A stretch of DNA of 62,801 bases, counting the filler, from Folioceros fuciformis (lineage: Eukaryota), in the NCBI GenBank assembly GCA_049999805.1. It is 6 parts of 6 records of this genome, joined end to end, with 100 filler letters (N's around TTAATTAATTAA, not from the genome) between each part and the next. Parts side by side here need not be neighbours in the genome. Positions count along the whole stretch, not along the records: positions 14,633 to 31,146 come from JBNGIO010004415.1; positions 31,247 to 42,759 come from JBNGIO010004416.1; 4 more parts are not named here. One strand, 5' to 3'. The notes under the pieces are model-generated. The model saw only the letters and a list, made by a program, of their open reading frames with translations. It had not been told where the DNA came from and did no database searches. Below, piece by piece: positions 22,796 through 37,086 of this stretch (position 1 is the first letter of the stretch; each line of letters begins with the position of its first letter). The position numbers and the translations under genes were made by a program.

Positions 22796-25700
22796 ATGGA
22801 TGACTTCGAGAAGGCTATTCTATTTACTTTTGATCAGACTGGTGCAGTGGATGCACAGCTCAAGGCACAGGCCATGGCCTATTGTGAACGGGCTAAGCAG
22901 TCCCCAACCATTTGGCAAGCATGTCTCGACAGATTTAGATGCTCGCAGTTTCCAGAAGTCCAGTTTTGGTGCTTGCAGACATTGGAAGAGACGGCAAAGC
23001 AAAGATACGCAGGTTTATCGCCTCCTGAGCGAATGTTCGTACGATCGTCGCTAATGGGAGCTGTTTGCACGGTGAATGCAGACGCTCAGTCACCACAATC
23101 GGCAGATGCAGGAGAGGTCATGCTTGCTAGACCTGTCTTTGTCAGGAACAAACTATCCCAGATAATTGTTATTCTCATCTTCCTGGACTACCCTTCAGAG
23201 TGGTCCTCTGTCTTCCTCGACGTGCTTGCTTGTCTGAACCAGGGACCGGGAGTTGTGGATATGTTCTGTCGCATACTGATCACTTTGGATGAAGAGGTTA
23301 TTAGCTTGGACTACCCTAAGGATGCTGGCAAATTTTCTGCTGCCACTCGTATAAAGGATGCGATGCGCCTGCAGTGTATCCCTGAGATTGTGAGTGCTTG
23401 GTACAGCCTTGCCGTCGCTTATAAGAGACAAACTCCTTCTCTAGTGGTATCTGTGCTTGAAGTTATGCGCAGATATGTGTCCTGGATTGATATCTCTTTG
23501 GTTGCCAATGAAAAGTTCATCCCCCTGCTTTTCGAATTTCTAGCTTCCGGCAGTGAACCTCCACAGCTCCGCGGAGCTGCTGCCGACTGCTTGTTGGCCA
23601 TAGTCTCAAAGAGAATGGATGCAGCTGCTAAGCTTACTTTGCTTAAGCAATTGCAGATAGGGCAGGTTTGCAGTCGCATCATGCAAGCGCAGGAACCAGA
23701 CTTTGCCCTTAAGCTCACATCTTTGCTGACAGGGCTAGCCACAGAAGTACTCGAGTGCAGCAAGAAAATAACTATAAATGGCACGGAGACAGTGGAACTT
23801 GTCACAGCCCTTCTGGATGATGTGCTGCCATCTGTATTTTACTTCATGAAGCATGGCGATGAAGAAATATCCTCTGCGACGGTTCAGTTTCTGTCTAGTT
23901 ATGTTCTGAGGATGAGAACTGCAGACTCTTCAATGAACGGGAAGCAGACTCTCTATATCGGTGAGATATTAGAGGTTATTCGGATTCGGATGCGTTTCGA
24001 TCCAGAGAGCAAAGATTCTTTAGATGTTCCAGATAAAGATGGGGTAGAAGAAGAGGAGAGGATGACAGAGTACCGGAAGGACTTGTTTTCCTTGTTTAGG
24101 TGCATCTATCGTGTTGCTCCTGATTTCACACGAGCTTTTGTGCAGACCTCCCTAACCTCAGCTATTTCAAATCCTGAGACTCCATTTGAGGACGTTGAAG
24201 CAGCGATCACGTTGCTTTATGTTCTTGGGGAGGGTGTCGGAGAAGATGCATTGAAGCCTGGTGGGGGGCCACTTGTAGATATGATTGGAGCTATATTATC
24301 TCGCCCAGTGCCGTGTCATTCTCATCGACTAGTCGGACTGGCTTGTTTAGAAACAGTAACAAGATATGTCCGGTTCCTGCAGCACCATCCACAATATCTT
24401 CCTTCAGTTCTTTCAGCTTTTCTTGACTCGAGGGGGTTTCAGCATCCAAACCCGAACGTAAGCAACCGAGCAGGGTACCTTTTTATGCGCCTGGTGAAGA
24501 CAATGCGGTTACAGATGGTCCCCTACATTGAAGATATCCTTCAGGTAGTAAATCTGTTCATAGCCTTTTTGCATGTTGTCGGGAAGGATGTCATTTTGTC
24601 ACATTTTACGGCAACTCGGAAATCCTGATCAAATGTTCCTCTAGCATTTTTCGCAGAACTTGGAATCTACTTTGAAGCTGACCACCAGCACTCAAGATGA
24701 TGTTCTATCCCCAGACCGAAGCTATGTCTTTGAGGTGAGATGAGCAGTTGGCCTTCATGGGACTATGTGCTGATACATACAGCCTGCTTGAAGGGGCCCT
24801 ATCAATATGCAAACGTGATGTACTTTCTTCTACCGTCCGAGAGCTCATCAGCTTATACTTTTCTGTGTTGCCTTCAAAACGCTGTAGGCAATTGGGTTGC
24901 TACTTGGGATGGAGGAGCTGCCTGTAGAGAAGCAGTCAACATTCTTATCGGCGCTGTTGCTGTCCTTGTGCGGGCAGGTACCATGAACACAGTTTGGGGG
25001 GCATTTTGAAGGCATGATTGTCATTTCTTGGGATCAGAAAGACATTTCGGCCCTGTCATTTCGTTCTTTGCTCTATGTTCCCAGGTGGATGCCATTATTG
25101 GGAGAGAGTCTCAGCGAGGAGATCCTTCACCTTCAACTGTAGCTGCATTGCAGCAGCTTATTTTGGCCATCAGCCATTTGAGCAAGGTATCTACAATAGT
25201 TGGATATCAGTTCATTCTGTTGCTTCGCACTCAACGCTAATCACTTCTAGTAATTGTTCCTTTTAAATGGTGAATTTTTGGTTGGCCGTACAGGGTTTTC
25301 GTGGGCACATTTCTTCCACTGTGAGGCCTGTGCTTGGCGGCATGTTCAAGCAGGTTGTGTTCGTCTCATATACGCCTGCAAATGGTTGTGTTTACTGGTA
25401 CCTATCAACATGTACTAATGCACGAGGATGTCTCTTTTGTGCTCAGACCATAGAAGTGGTGCTGCGTGTTCTCATCGCGTTCCCAAGAATCAAGGACCTT
25501 CGTAGTAAGGTATATGTGCTTGCTGTCGTCCTTGGCTATGGAAGCTTGTTCAAGAAGATACGACGTTGGCATTGAATTGGACCAGTGAGTAGTGATACCA
25601 GTTTGATTTTCTAGGTTGTTTCGTTTTTACATCAAATGGTGGAAACTCTTGGCGGTGAAGTGTTTCCTTTCCTTCCTACAGCTATGGAGCAGCTACTGGC

Positions 25701-27178
25701 TGAAACTGATGTAAGTCCTTACCCTCATCTAGTGCTTCTTTCGCTTTGTTTGACTCAAGAAGTTGTCACCTGTCTGGAAGCACTGAGAACACTGCATGGA
25801 ATATGAGATGTTTTTCAGCATGACAGGCTGTTAAGTCATGTGATTTCCATGTTAGCATCTGTCCGAGCCCTGCCCACACATTGAATAGCTTTTTCACAAG
25901 TCGCCTGTGCCCCAGCCAAAAGATGTGGTGGAGTGTCTGCAACTGTTTAATCAGCTCGTGAGCAAGTTCAAACAGGCTATGAGGGACATCGTCGCAAAGG
26001 GATATGGGCGACTGATGAGTTGCATTTTTTCCCTTCTTCCAAAAGATGGGTTTCCAGAAGGTCCAGGAAGTAACACAGAGGTTAGCAACGTGCAGCACGT
26101 CCTATTATTCGCGTGTGATCTGAATGTTTGCACGTTTATTCATTTGCACTTGTTGCTAGACAAGTGCCGAGATACTATGCACTAGCCCGCCTGTTTCAGC
26201 ACTGCTCATTCTGATCCGTCACTTGGGGTGATGTCGCTATTCAGGAGGTTCGTGAGTTGCAAGAACTCCAGCGAACTGGCATCACGTTTTTCCACATAAT
26301 TTGCACGAACGACTTGTCTTCAATTCTCCTTGAAGCAGGAAACCTTCCGTGGTTACATGATGTAATCCGCTTACTGTTTCATGGTGTTTGCCATCATAGG
26401 GATGTGCTCGTGAGAAAGGTCCGCTTCGAATTTTGGCTGACTGGGCATATTGTTATCTAAAGCAACTTGTATCTTCTGATCTCGGTCCTAAATTCAATTG
26501 CAGATGTGTGTGCTAGTCTTCTCAAAGCTTATTTCAGATTGGTGCGGTAACAGTGCAGGAGAAGAGAAGGTAGCTTGCCAATTAGGCCCCTTTCTTGAGC
26601 TTTGACAAAGTTCGCGTGTTTTGATATTTATATGGGAATGCTTAAGCGCTTCTTATTTTTATCAGTGTTGGGCTGGCGTCTGCAGGTTCCTGGATTTCGC
26701 CGGTTTGTTATTCAGCAATTTGCTGCAGAGTGCTGCATTGACAGTGTATTAAATACAACGTTTGACCTCAACGATGCAAATACTGTAAGTGTGATAGACC
26801 TCATCGTACGTGTGGTTTGAAGTCAGCATTAACTGCGCTGTCTGCGTCTGACGGGTCACATGTTGTTTGTAGTGGTTCCTTTTTGGTGAAATCGTGGCTG
26901 TGCAAAAGCTCATATACCAAACGTGCGGAGATGAATTTCTGATGCACCTGGCGACAAACGTGTTACCTGCAGTGAACTGCCCTCCCAATCTGGCTGAGCA
27001 GTACTGTCTTCAACTTCAGGTGAGAACTTCACCAGTACGTAAGGACACAGGTCTCCAACTTTGTATATAACTGACTGTAGTCGATTTGGTGCAGCGGTCC
27101 GGCTTGCAAGATCTGAAAGCCTTCTTCCGCTCCTTTGTCGAGAAAGTGAGACCTTTGCGGAATCTGCCTCGCAGATAA
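22796..27178 (+). CDS. PSD: Exportin-T (tRNA exportin, PAUSED); multi-exon
   Basis: The N-terminus MDDFEKAIL..D.QLKAQA..YC, VQFWCLQTL, FVRNKLSQI, RIKDAMRLQC and YVSWIDISLVAN match plant exportin-T. A long first coding exon ends at 24544 and many short exons follow to the TAA at 27176-27178. Confidence 0.93.
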
Positions 27179-29034
27179 CGACTATGAACGGTTGCCTTTC
27201 CATGACTCACGCAAGTTATGCTGGCGCAACCTCTGTCCCATCAATCCATCTCTGTACGTAGAAATCTTCGTCCTTTCTCGCCAGCTTCCTGTATCCGGAA
27301 CAGTTGAGACTAAAATCACCTTGGCAACTGCTTCACAGTTGCAGACCAACTTAGCGTTCTTCCAATGGTAAGATCGCGTCCCACAGGCCAATTGTTGTCT
27401 ACACACACGTACCTAGTCTGGCTAGTTGCAAAGTTTGGTACCCATTGACGGCACTTGATAGAACTGGTCCGAGTGGTCATGCAGTGGTCCGTCGGCTCAA
27501 TTCCTGCTTGTTGTGGTACAGGACTGAAGGTGACAGGATGAGTCGCGGCCATTTCGAGGATTTTCGACTGCCCTCCAGCTTAGAAACTACCAAAAAAAAA
27601 AAAGTTGGGTTTGCCACAGCAGAGTCCCATTGACTTGCTACATAAGGCCTCAGACTCGTTGGATGGTGTTCTTGGGTTTGAAAGCTCATCTGTTCCTGCG
27701 TGGTTAAAAGCAAATACCATCTCAAGCTGCGATAGGTCGAGTTGAGATTATTCCCTCACCCCTGACCTTCGTTTTGCAGTTGATGAACATGTTGACACAT
27801 CATGGCAGGTACTGAACGTAAGGCGTCAGAGTTCTGGGCACGCAAATCTGTAATATGGTTGGCCCCTCGGCTGCATCTTCTCTCACTTGTCGCGCGGCTT
27901 GGACTGTGTCGTCCATCATAAGGAACTGCAAAGCCACTGCATCAGCTGGGCTCATGCCTTCTTTGGTCATTGTTAGCCGATAAGTCCTCTTGGTTTCAAA
28001 GCCGTATGTAACTAGAGATGTCTTAGGGTCTTGTTTTCTACCATTCAGTATGCTACAGCTGGCACTGGCCGCAGACAGTGGTTTACATCTCGGTGTTTCG
28101 CAGCGCCGGGCGAAAAACAATGGTGTTCTCGGTGTGTGTGCAGCTCCCATTGAAATCTGCTGTCGACTCTGACAGCAGCAACGTCTTCTCCTCTGCAGAA
28201 CCACGTATCAGCCGTCCCTCGTACCCAAGCGTCCCATGGTCACAGCTGGATTGGAGGGGATTTACACAAGGAGGAGTACTGAGCTGTTTCCAACAACTCG
28301 GCCCCATCCTCTTCCAACCACCTCCCTCCTCCATACATGTGCACGTGCAGACGTGGTCCAGCTTTTGGAGGTGGGAGGCAGTTGGATGTACGGCGCTTAG
28401 CATGCGTTAGTAGCGATACCTGTGGGCAGATGCGAGTGCCTACCGGGTAATTAACCTTGACGGACTCCATCAGAAACTTACAAGACAACCCAAGTAGGGC
28501 ACGGTGCGGGAAACTGGTTTACCTGAAGGGACTGTGCAAAGTGCTTGCCTCTATTACGTGAGGCCTGAGTGCATACACAAGCAGAAGAGCAAGTAGGTTG
28601 AGGCATGTCCAGATCGCAAGGCACGGCCCTATTGTCATCTACTCCACACCGTTCGATTTAGTCGTATTCCACTTCGCTTCTAGGAAGGGACAGCAGTTGT
28701 GACGATGAGGACGGGCAGGCCATGGGGAAGTTTACGTGGTTTGCCCTCTCGTGAACATCGTGTGTTGGTTTTACACACGTTGGCAACATGTGCAAGGTGG
28801 TGTCCTACACCTTGCCATGCACTTACATTCGTCAAGGGCACCTAGTTTATGCGACATGTAGAGGAGCGCATCTTTTCTCTTCCAACCCAAGGAGATCAAT
28901 TTTGTTGAGCGGATCGTTGGGAAAAGTCATGGGGCGACATTACATCGGAGAGAAGTGTACCCGGACTATTCCCATTGAGAACACAGCCGCTCGATTATGT
29001 CCATGTAAAGCTCATCACTACCCAAATAGAGTGA

Positions 29035-31146
29035 TTAACCTCCGCGACCAAATGGAGGTTGTTGTTGATTACCACGAGCAAATGGAGGTTGTTGTTGGTT
29101 ACCGCGACTAAATGGAGGTTGTTTTTGGTTACCATGACCAAATGGAGGTGGTTGTTGGTTACCGCGACCAAATGGAGGTGGTTGTTGGTTACCGCGACCA
29201 AATGGAGGTCGTTGTTGGTTACCTTGATCAAATAAAGCTTGTTGAGTCTGCATACCAAATGGAGGCATTTGAGCAAAGTGTGAAACGTCCATAGAAGGAA
29301 GTGGTTGCCCGAATGGTGTCTGCATAGATGGAAGACATAAAGGTGAAGAACAGTTAATTGTCATTGCATTTGTGTAAACAGTACTATTGCATATGACAAC
29401 TTGAAAGATTGCATTTGTGTAAGCAAAACTATTGCATATGACAACTTCAAAGCGTACTTGAGAAAGTATTTGTGGTTGTTGTAGTTGCACACTTGGCAGA
29501 CCTCCAGATGCTTCTTGCAAAGGTTCAGCGTTGTATACACCTTGTTTCAAGAAGACAGGATGCGCTTGCGTTTGCATGTTTAAAGTGGAACAACTAGGTA
29601 GTAACTCTATACTTGGAATAATTCGAGCTTGTTCATGTGCTTGTGCGTCTTGCATAGTGGAAAGAGTGCTTGGAGGAATATGTTCGGGCTTGTATGGTAC
29701 ATCCAAGTTTGGAGAAACTTGAGCTGGGATGTGCGGGAATCTATTAGGATATGGTAATTGTTGTCTTTGTTGTAGTGATTGTACAAGTTGTATTGTTTGA
29801 CCTATACGAGGTTCCACTTGTGGAGACTTAGTAGGAAGTGGTGGTCGGGTGTTCCATATTGGTGCTTGATTAGTAATTGGTTGTTTTAGAGTGGAGGATC
29901 CTTGGGGACGAATTAAAGGGTGTGGCCGACCAAGTGTTAATAGTTGTGGTTGTACACTCAAAGTTGAAAGAGCTTGAGGCAATTCCCTCTTGATGGCATT
30001 GAATTCAGCACCTGGCATGCTAGATTGTGTTGGAGGCAAGCTTGTATTAACTTGTGATCGACCATGAGAAGTATATGGTTGCACACTCAAGCTTGGTTCT
30101 ACATGCATCGACGGCCTCATACCAGGAAGAGTCCCAAATGTTGGTGCAAGAAGTTGGGAACGAGCAACACTAAAATTACTTGAGGATAGTCGTTTAGAGG
30201 ATTGTGTTGCTTGTGGTGGTCTTACCAAACTTGTATAATTCCCTATTGGTTGTCGTTCATTTGTACTCCTCACATTGCCCATAGAACTTGATGTATATTG
30301 TTCATTAAAATGATGAGCTTGCATTTGCGGAGCCACTGCTGGTGATTTGAGAGTATGTTTTTCCAACTGTGCAATCTGAGGTCTTAAGTTGGGTAAGAGA
30401 CTAGGTGCAACTTGTGGATGGATCTGTGGAAAAGGAGTGGCATTTAGTTGGACTCCTATGTGAGAAATGGATAGAGGTTCTACATAAGAGAAGGGTCTAG
30501 GGCTTTGATGTACCGTTGTAATAGGTGGTCTCCATTGAACTTGAGGAAGAGCTTGAGGCATGAGATTTGAAGTTGGCCAAATTTGGGTTGAAGAGGGAAG
30601 TGATTGTATAGATTTTGTAGTTGCACTACTACTACTTGGTGAAAATGTTGTTTGTGGTTGCAATGGTGGTGGAGGTTGTGCAATAGAAAGAGACTCAATG
30701 GGAGCAGTTGGTTGTGGTTGGGTTGCGGGTGAATCAAAAGCAATAGAAGCTATGGGAAGGGCTAGTTGTGTTTGGGCTTGGGGGGGATCTAAAGCAATTG
30801 AAAGAGTCGCAAGGGATGGTTGTGCTTGAGCTAGGGGCTGATCCAGAGCAACTGAAGGTATCATCAGTGTGAGCTTAGGCTCAGGTGCAAGTGGAACTAT
30901 TGATTGGTTTTCAGGTGTTGGTATTAATGAGACCATAGGATAAGAGGGAGGATACATGGTTGATGTAGAATATAATGATGTCATGGATTGAAGTGGATCT
31001 AAAGTGGTTAAAGATGGAGATCTTATTCTAGTTGAATTTAATGGAGATTGTGGTTGTGGTGTTGATATTGGAAATTGTGGTTGCATTGAAGATGGAGGTA
31101 GGGCTGAGAATGGTGGACGTAGTCGTGGCCACAAAGGTGGTGGTGG
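29035..31146 (-). CDS. Pro/Gln/Ser-rich low-complexity protein, partial (starts at the scaffold end)
   Basis: A 699-codon ORF stays open in AT-rich DNA. An intron is likely at ~29457-29322 and the C-terminal part has PPFGRGNQQ repeats. No folded domain is recognised. Confidence 0.55.
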   Translation of the reverse strand, partial: PPPPLWPRLRPPFSALPPSSMQPQFPISTPQPQSPLNSTRIRSPSLTTLDPLQSMTSLYSTSTMYPPSYPMVSLIPTPENQSIVPLAPEPKLTLMIPSVALDQPLAQAQPSLATLSIALDPPQAQTQLALPIASIAFDSPATQPQPTAPIESLSIAQPPPPLQPQTTFSPSSSSATTKSIQSLPSSTQIWPTSNLMPQALPQVQWRPPITTVHQSPRPFSYVEPLSISHIGVQLNATPFPQIHPQVAPSLLPNLRPQIAQLEKHTLKSPAVAPQMQAHHFNEQYTSSSMGNVRSTNERQPIGNYTSLVRPPQATQSSKRLSSSNFSVARSQLLAPTFGTLPGMRPSMHVEPSLSVQPYTSHGRSQVNTSLPPTQSSMPGAEFNAIKRELPQALSTLSVQPQLLTLGRPHPLIRPQGSSTLKQPITNQAPIWNTRPPLPTKSPQVEPRIGQTIQLVQSLQQRQQLPYPNRFPHIPAQVSPNLDVPYKPEHIPPSTLSTMQDAQAHEQARIIPSIELLPSCSTLNMQTQAHPVFLKQGVYNAEPLQEASGGLPSVQLQQPQILSQVRFEVVICNSFAYTNAIFQVVICNSTVYTNAMTINCSSPLCLPSMQTPFGQPLPSMDVSHFAQMPPFGMQTQQALFDQGNQQRPPFGRGNQQPPPFGRGNQQPPPFGHGNQKQPPFSRGNQQQPPFARGNQQQPPFGRGG
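29041..29230. repeat. 30-bp coding minisatellite, six copies plus a partial
   Basis: The unit accgcgaccaaatggaggtggttgttggtt recurs at a 30-nt period and encodes QQPPPFGRGN on the minus strand. Confidence 0.92.
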
Positions 31147-31246
31147 NNNNNNNNNNNNNNNNNNNNNNNNNNNNNNNNNNNNNNNNNNNNTTAATTAATT
31201 AANNNNNNNNNNNNNNNNNNNNNNNNNNNNNNNNNNNNNNNNNNNN
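31147..31246. other. Artificial scaffold linker
   Basis: TTAATTAATTAA at 31191-31202, flanked by N44. Confidence 0.97.
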
Positions 31247-33085
<1,839 letters not shown>

Positions 33086-34604
33086 CGAGAGTTCCGAAAG
33101 CCACTGCGCTGCCATCCGGGGTGCCACTGTAGTGACCATTGATAGACAGACTAAACTGTACAGATTTGTTGACCACTCATTGCAGGTGAAGCTGTGGACG
33201 ACTTGAATGCAGAAACTGGTTATGTACACATTTAGACCGAGGAGCTTTGCTGCTTCACAGTCATATAACTGCGAAGCAAGATACTGTGAAGTGAATGACT
33301 CAACACACCACAAGGATAGGGCTATATCTCGGTGTGTAAAATTATGTGATAATCTTATTGTCGATACCGACAATGCGTAAGCAGACTGCCGGCCAGGTTA
33401 CAGCTCCTGATGGCTTACGCCCCACGGACAAACATTTACGAGAACGTCATTGTCAAGCATCACGCGCTGCTACAGAGTGGTTGTCCTCTGAGTATTANNN
33501 NNNNNNNNNNNNNNNNNNNNNNNNNNNNNNNNNNNNNNNNNNNNNNNNNNNNNNNNNNNNNNNNNNNNNNNNNNNNNNNNNNNNNNNNNNNNNNNNNGGA
33601 CGAAAATCCGTCATTAGACTGCACTTTGAAGTAAAATTCTTGTCCTCGTTCTTGCCTTTACACTCTTCGCTTCGAAATGCTTTACCTCTTCAAAAATCTC
33701 TCCTCAAAGAGTCACTAGCAGTGATACCACTCTTCAACGAAATCGAAAGCGTGCACCTGTAAGCCATGGACCGGAGGTCAGCTCCTGCTGTGAGGGAAAG
33801 CAAAACTTGCAGCTTGAAGGCTATGAACTGTGAACGTATCTTATGAATTATGAATGTCTTCGTTTGTCTTGTCTTCGTTTGTCCGAAGACAAACGAAGAC
33901 ATTCATGATTTCATGATTTCGGGACATACTGGTGGTCTGTAAGTGCAAGAGTGATGAGTTTACCATAGGAAGCCAGGACGGTGTTAGTCGCTAGTTTTAG
34001 ATCTTAGGCTAATTAATGGTAAGCACCGCAATTCCGAGGAGCAATTATGGTTACTCCTTCTTTGCGGCTATCTTAGTGAAAGCCAAGCTCCTTGCAATAT
34101 AGCCATAAAAATAATTTAAGTACTACACATCAAAATAATAAAGAGGAAGCTAGGTAGTTACTGACGAGGCTTAAGCTAGGTAGTTACTAACCATAGGGAG
34201 TTTCTTATAGTTTTTTCAAAGATGTGAGAAAAAAATCAGGATCTTTCTCCATGAAATGTTTCACTAATTTCACTCCAGGCGTCATACTACCCACAATAGT
34301 CCCATGAGTCACACACTTCAAAAAAGGCAACCCGAGAGCAGTCCAGTCCACAACAATCACAGAGCAATAGGGTCAAGGCAACCAATTGTTTTAATGTAGC
34401 TTCGATTTCCGAGTATAGTGTGGAATACGGATATTTATGTGCTTGGAGGCGACACTATGCCTCCTATAGACCAATGGACAAATCGCTGTGATATCCACAC
34501 AAGAGTGAAATTTGTAGGGATGACATAGTGCGGACTACAGATCTGTCCTGATCAGGCCACAGTCGGTAACGTGTGCACAAAATGCAATACAAGCTGGTGG
34601 GAGA

Positions 34605-35522
34605 TCAGTGCCACTTATCAGTGCGCACCCAGTTGGTTCTGAATTTCCATTCGCTCAGGAGGTAGACCCCATTCTCAGCCTGCGGAACTCTGGAAGAGAA
34701 ACCCACAGTGGACTTTTCGTTCACATGGTCCGACAGCTTGAGGCCAGAGTAGGTGAGCATCAGCTTGGCCAACTTCTTATTAGGCTGCTCGGTGCCGTTG
34801 AGGATCCGCAGGCGCACAGCCAGATACTCCCTCTTGGCATCGTAGTCGATGAACACTGCAATGCGGCGGTCCACGAAAAGCTCCACGTCCCCTAGAGATG
34901 TCTCAACCACGGAGTTGACGCTGTTGATGTCCAGCCCGAGGTGCGGAATGGCGGGGTCCCAGGCGAACTCCCGCGAAGTGTCGATCTCCACGGCCACAGT
35001 CCTGCTCTTTTTGGGGTTTAAGGGGTTCCCGGTGGCTGTATCTATCTCAAACAATCCCAGGCTCTCGCGGCCGCTATTCCCCACGTCCTGATTGGGAGTA
35101 ATGGCGAAGGCAAAGCCTCCCCCGAACGAATTGAAGATCCCGCTCTCCACCCAGTCGCCGCTCCGCTGGAACTTTATCACGTACGAGGTGGAGAAGGAGA
35201 CGGAGTAGGGGCTGTTCTTCTTGTACAGCCGCACCTTCTTGTTGTAGGCGTACCTCACGGATACCACATCGTCGTAGCCGAAGACGATCTCTGGAGGCGG
35301 GCTAGAGCTCGGCGTGCAGATGGCCGCGGCTGTCGCGCCGACCGACCCGGCGAAGCTGCAGTTGAGGGCGGACATGAAGGGGGGGAAGGACAGGTTCACC
35401 CCTTTCAGGCCGACGCCGTTCCCCTTCCCGTGAACCCGCCCGTTGGCCTCCGCCCCCTGGACCGCGCCCGCTGTCAAGAGCAATGTCACCACGAGCAGCA
35501 GCCTGTGCATGTTCCACTCCAT
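34605..35522 (-). CDS. Secreted legume (L-type) lectin domain protein, intronless, no kinase domain
   Basis: Signal peptide (RLLLVVTLLLTAGAVQG), SFSTSY, GGGFAFAITP, TVAVEIDT, HLGLDINSVNS, VFIDYDA, VGFS and W-x-F. Confidence 0.88.
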   Translation of the reverse strand: MEWNMHRLLLVVTLLLTAGAVQGAEANGRVHGKGNGVGLKGVNLSFPPFMSALNCSFAGSVGATAAAICTPSSSPPPEIVFGYDDVVSVRYAYNKKVRLYKKNSPYSVSFSTSYVIKFQRSGDWVESGIFNSFGGGFAFAITPNQDVGNSGRESLGLFEIDTATGNPLNPKKSRTVAVEIDTSREFAWDPAIPHLGLDINSVNSVVETSLGDVELFVDRRIAVFIDYDAKREYLAVRLRILNGTEQPNKKLAKLMLTYSGLKLSDHVNEKSTVGFSSRVPQAENGVYLLSEWKFRTNWVRTDKWH

Positions 35523-36069
35523 CTGACCCCTTGTAGCCCACCCGGTACTAAATGTTGAATGAATCTATTGAAAACTCTAGACCTCTGGGCCTGCACTTGC
35601 AGCAGCCTGAGGAAGGGGATGCAAGGCCGTGGCCCGCGCAGAGTGGATGACAATCGTGACGTCTTGAAAAAATCGGATGGCACGTACCCCACTGCACGCT
35701 CCTCTGCCCACGGACACTGGCACACGAGGCTTGTCCGCCGCTGGGGGTTTATACCTCCTGCAAATCGGATGTCCATCCTTGACCGGGTTCTCGAGGCTGT
35801 GGAGAGCCAGCTCATGGCGAGTTGACCAGCCGGTGCCCGATCTCTCACCTCCGGAGCCTACTTGGAGGTACGGCCATTGGTATGAGCCAAGAGCCGTCCG
35901 GAACTGCGCTTTCCCTACTTCAGCACAGCCCTTAGGCAGGGTGTCATTTTGACCGAGTACTAGCTCAGTCCGGGGCCCTCTAGCCTGGCTATGCCGGGAC
36001 CGAGCAGGGACCGTGCCTTTTTGCGACCCTTGGTCACTAAATATAATAAATAGTAAATAAATTATTTAT

Positions 36070-36070
36070 A

Positions 36071-36110
<40 letters not shown>
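36070..36110. repeat. (AAT)n microsatellite
   Basis: A near-perfect aataataat run inside the hAT subterminal region. Confidence 0.9.
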
Positions 36111-36111
<1 letters not shown>

Positions 36112-37086
36112 AAAAATTTTAGTATATTCTATCGTCGGACTGCTCTTTCCAAGCTTTAAAAATACCATTCCAATCTATCTCCTTAACAGGGGACCATTGA
36201 TGGATAGATACCATTCCAATCTATCTCCTTAACAGGGGACCATTGATGGATAGANNNNNNNNNNATACCATTCCAATCTATCTCCTTAACAGGGGACCAT
36301 TGATGGATAGATGGATAGACTAGTCAATGCATCAAGGTTAAAATATTAAGATTAGTTTTCATATTATTTATCACAAATAGAAAATTCCTCAAAGTTAGAA
36401 TATTAAGATTAATTTTATATTATTCATCATAAAATTTTGTTTAGAAAATTTTCAAGGTTAAAATATTAAAATTAGTTCTCATATCACAAAGTTTCATTTA
36501 AAAAATCCCCATTCACATATCGTAGTACTAAAAGGTATAACCAAACATAATTCCCAAAGACGTAACATAAAAGATGCTAGTATTACCCACTCCTGAGTTC
36601 TTGAGTATAATTTGTAAGTTGCTAACATACTCAATCCAGCACAAGAAGACTTCAAGATCAACACAAATGTTAGCAACTCAACTTGACACACTTCATCAAC
36701 TACAAAAGAGTCGACAACATTAGTGTGTGCATCCACGGAGTTAGTGCCAATCTTTTTCAACAATACCTCTAATAGACTATTAACTAGCTGTATACAGTCA
36801 TCTGTATCTTCAATATAAAATTTATAAAATTTAGGACTGAATAGACGACAAGCATGCAACACACAAAGATCATGGAACGTATTATTCACTACATCAACAA
36901 CAACTAAAGCATATTTTGTTAGCACTAGCAATGCAAGAGCTTAGTTCGGTTTTAGAGTGGTCAGATATTATAAAACCCTCATTCACTCCATGACTTAAAG
37001 TTTTCAAGAAAAGAGAAAAGCTTTCTACTTCCCACTCATCCTATCAATTTTATACATACTTTTAACCTGTTCAACAATAGAATCTA

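Noticed and set aside
27800-28500. Minus-strand ORFs downstream of exportin-T
   Set aside because: They could be 3' exons of the P/Q-rich gene, but I could not establish a recognisable motif or a convincing splice chain.
36162-36310. 46-bp exact repeats around a 10-N gap (similar cases at 18417-18426 and 54231-54240)
   Set aside because: Identical sequence on both sides of 10-N gaps suggests unmerged contig overlaps, so copy number is unreliable.
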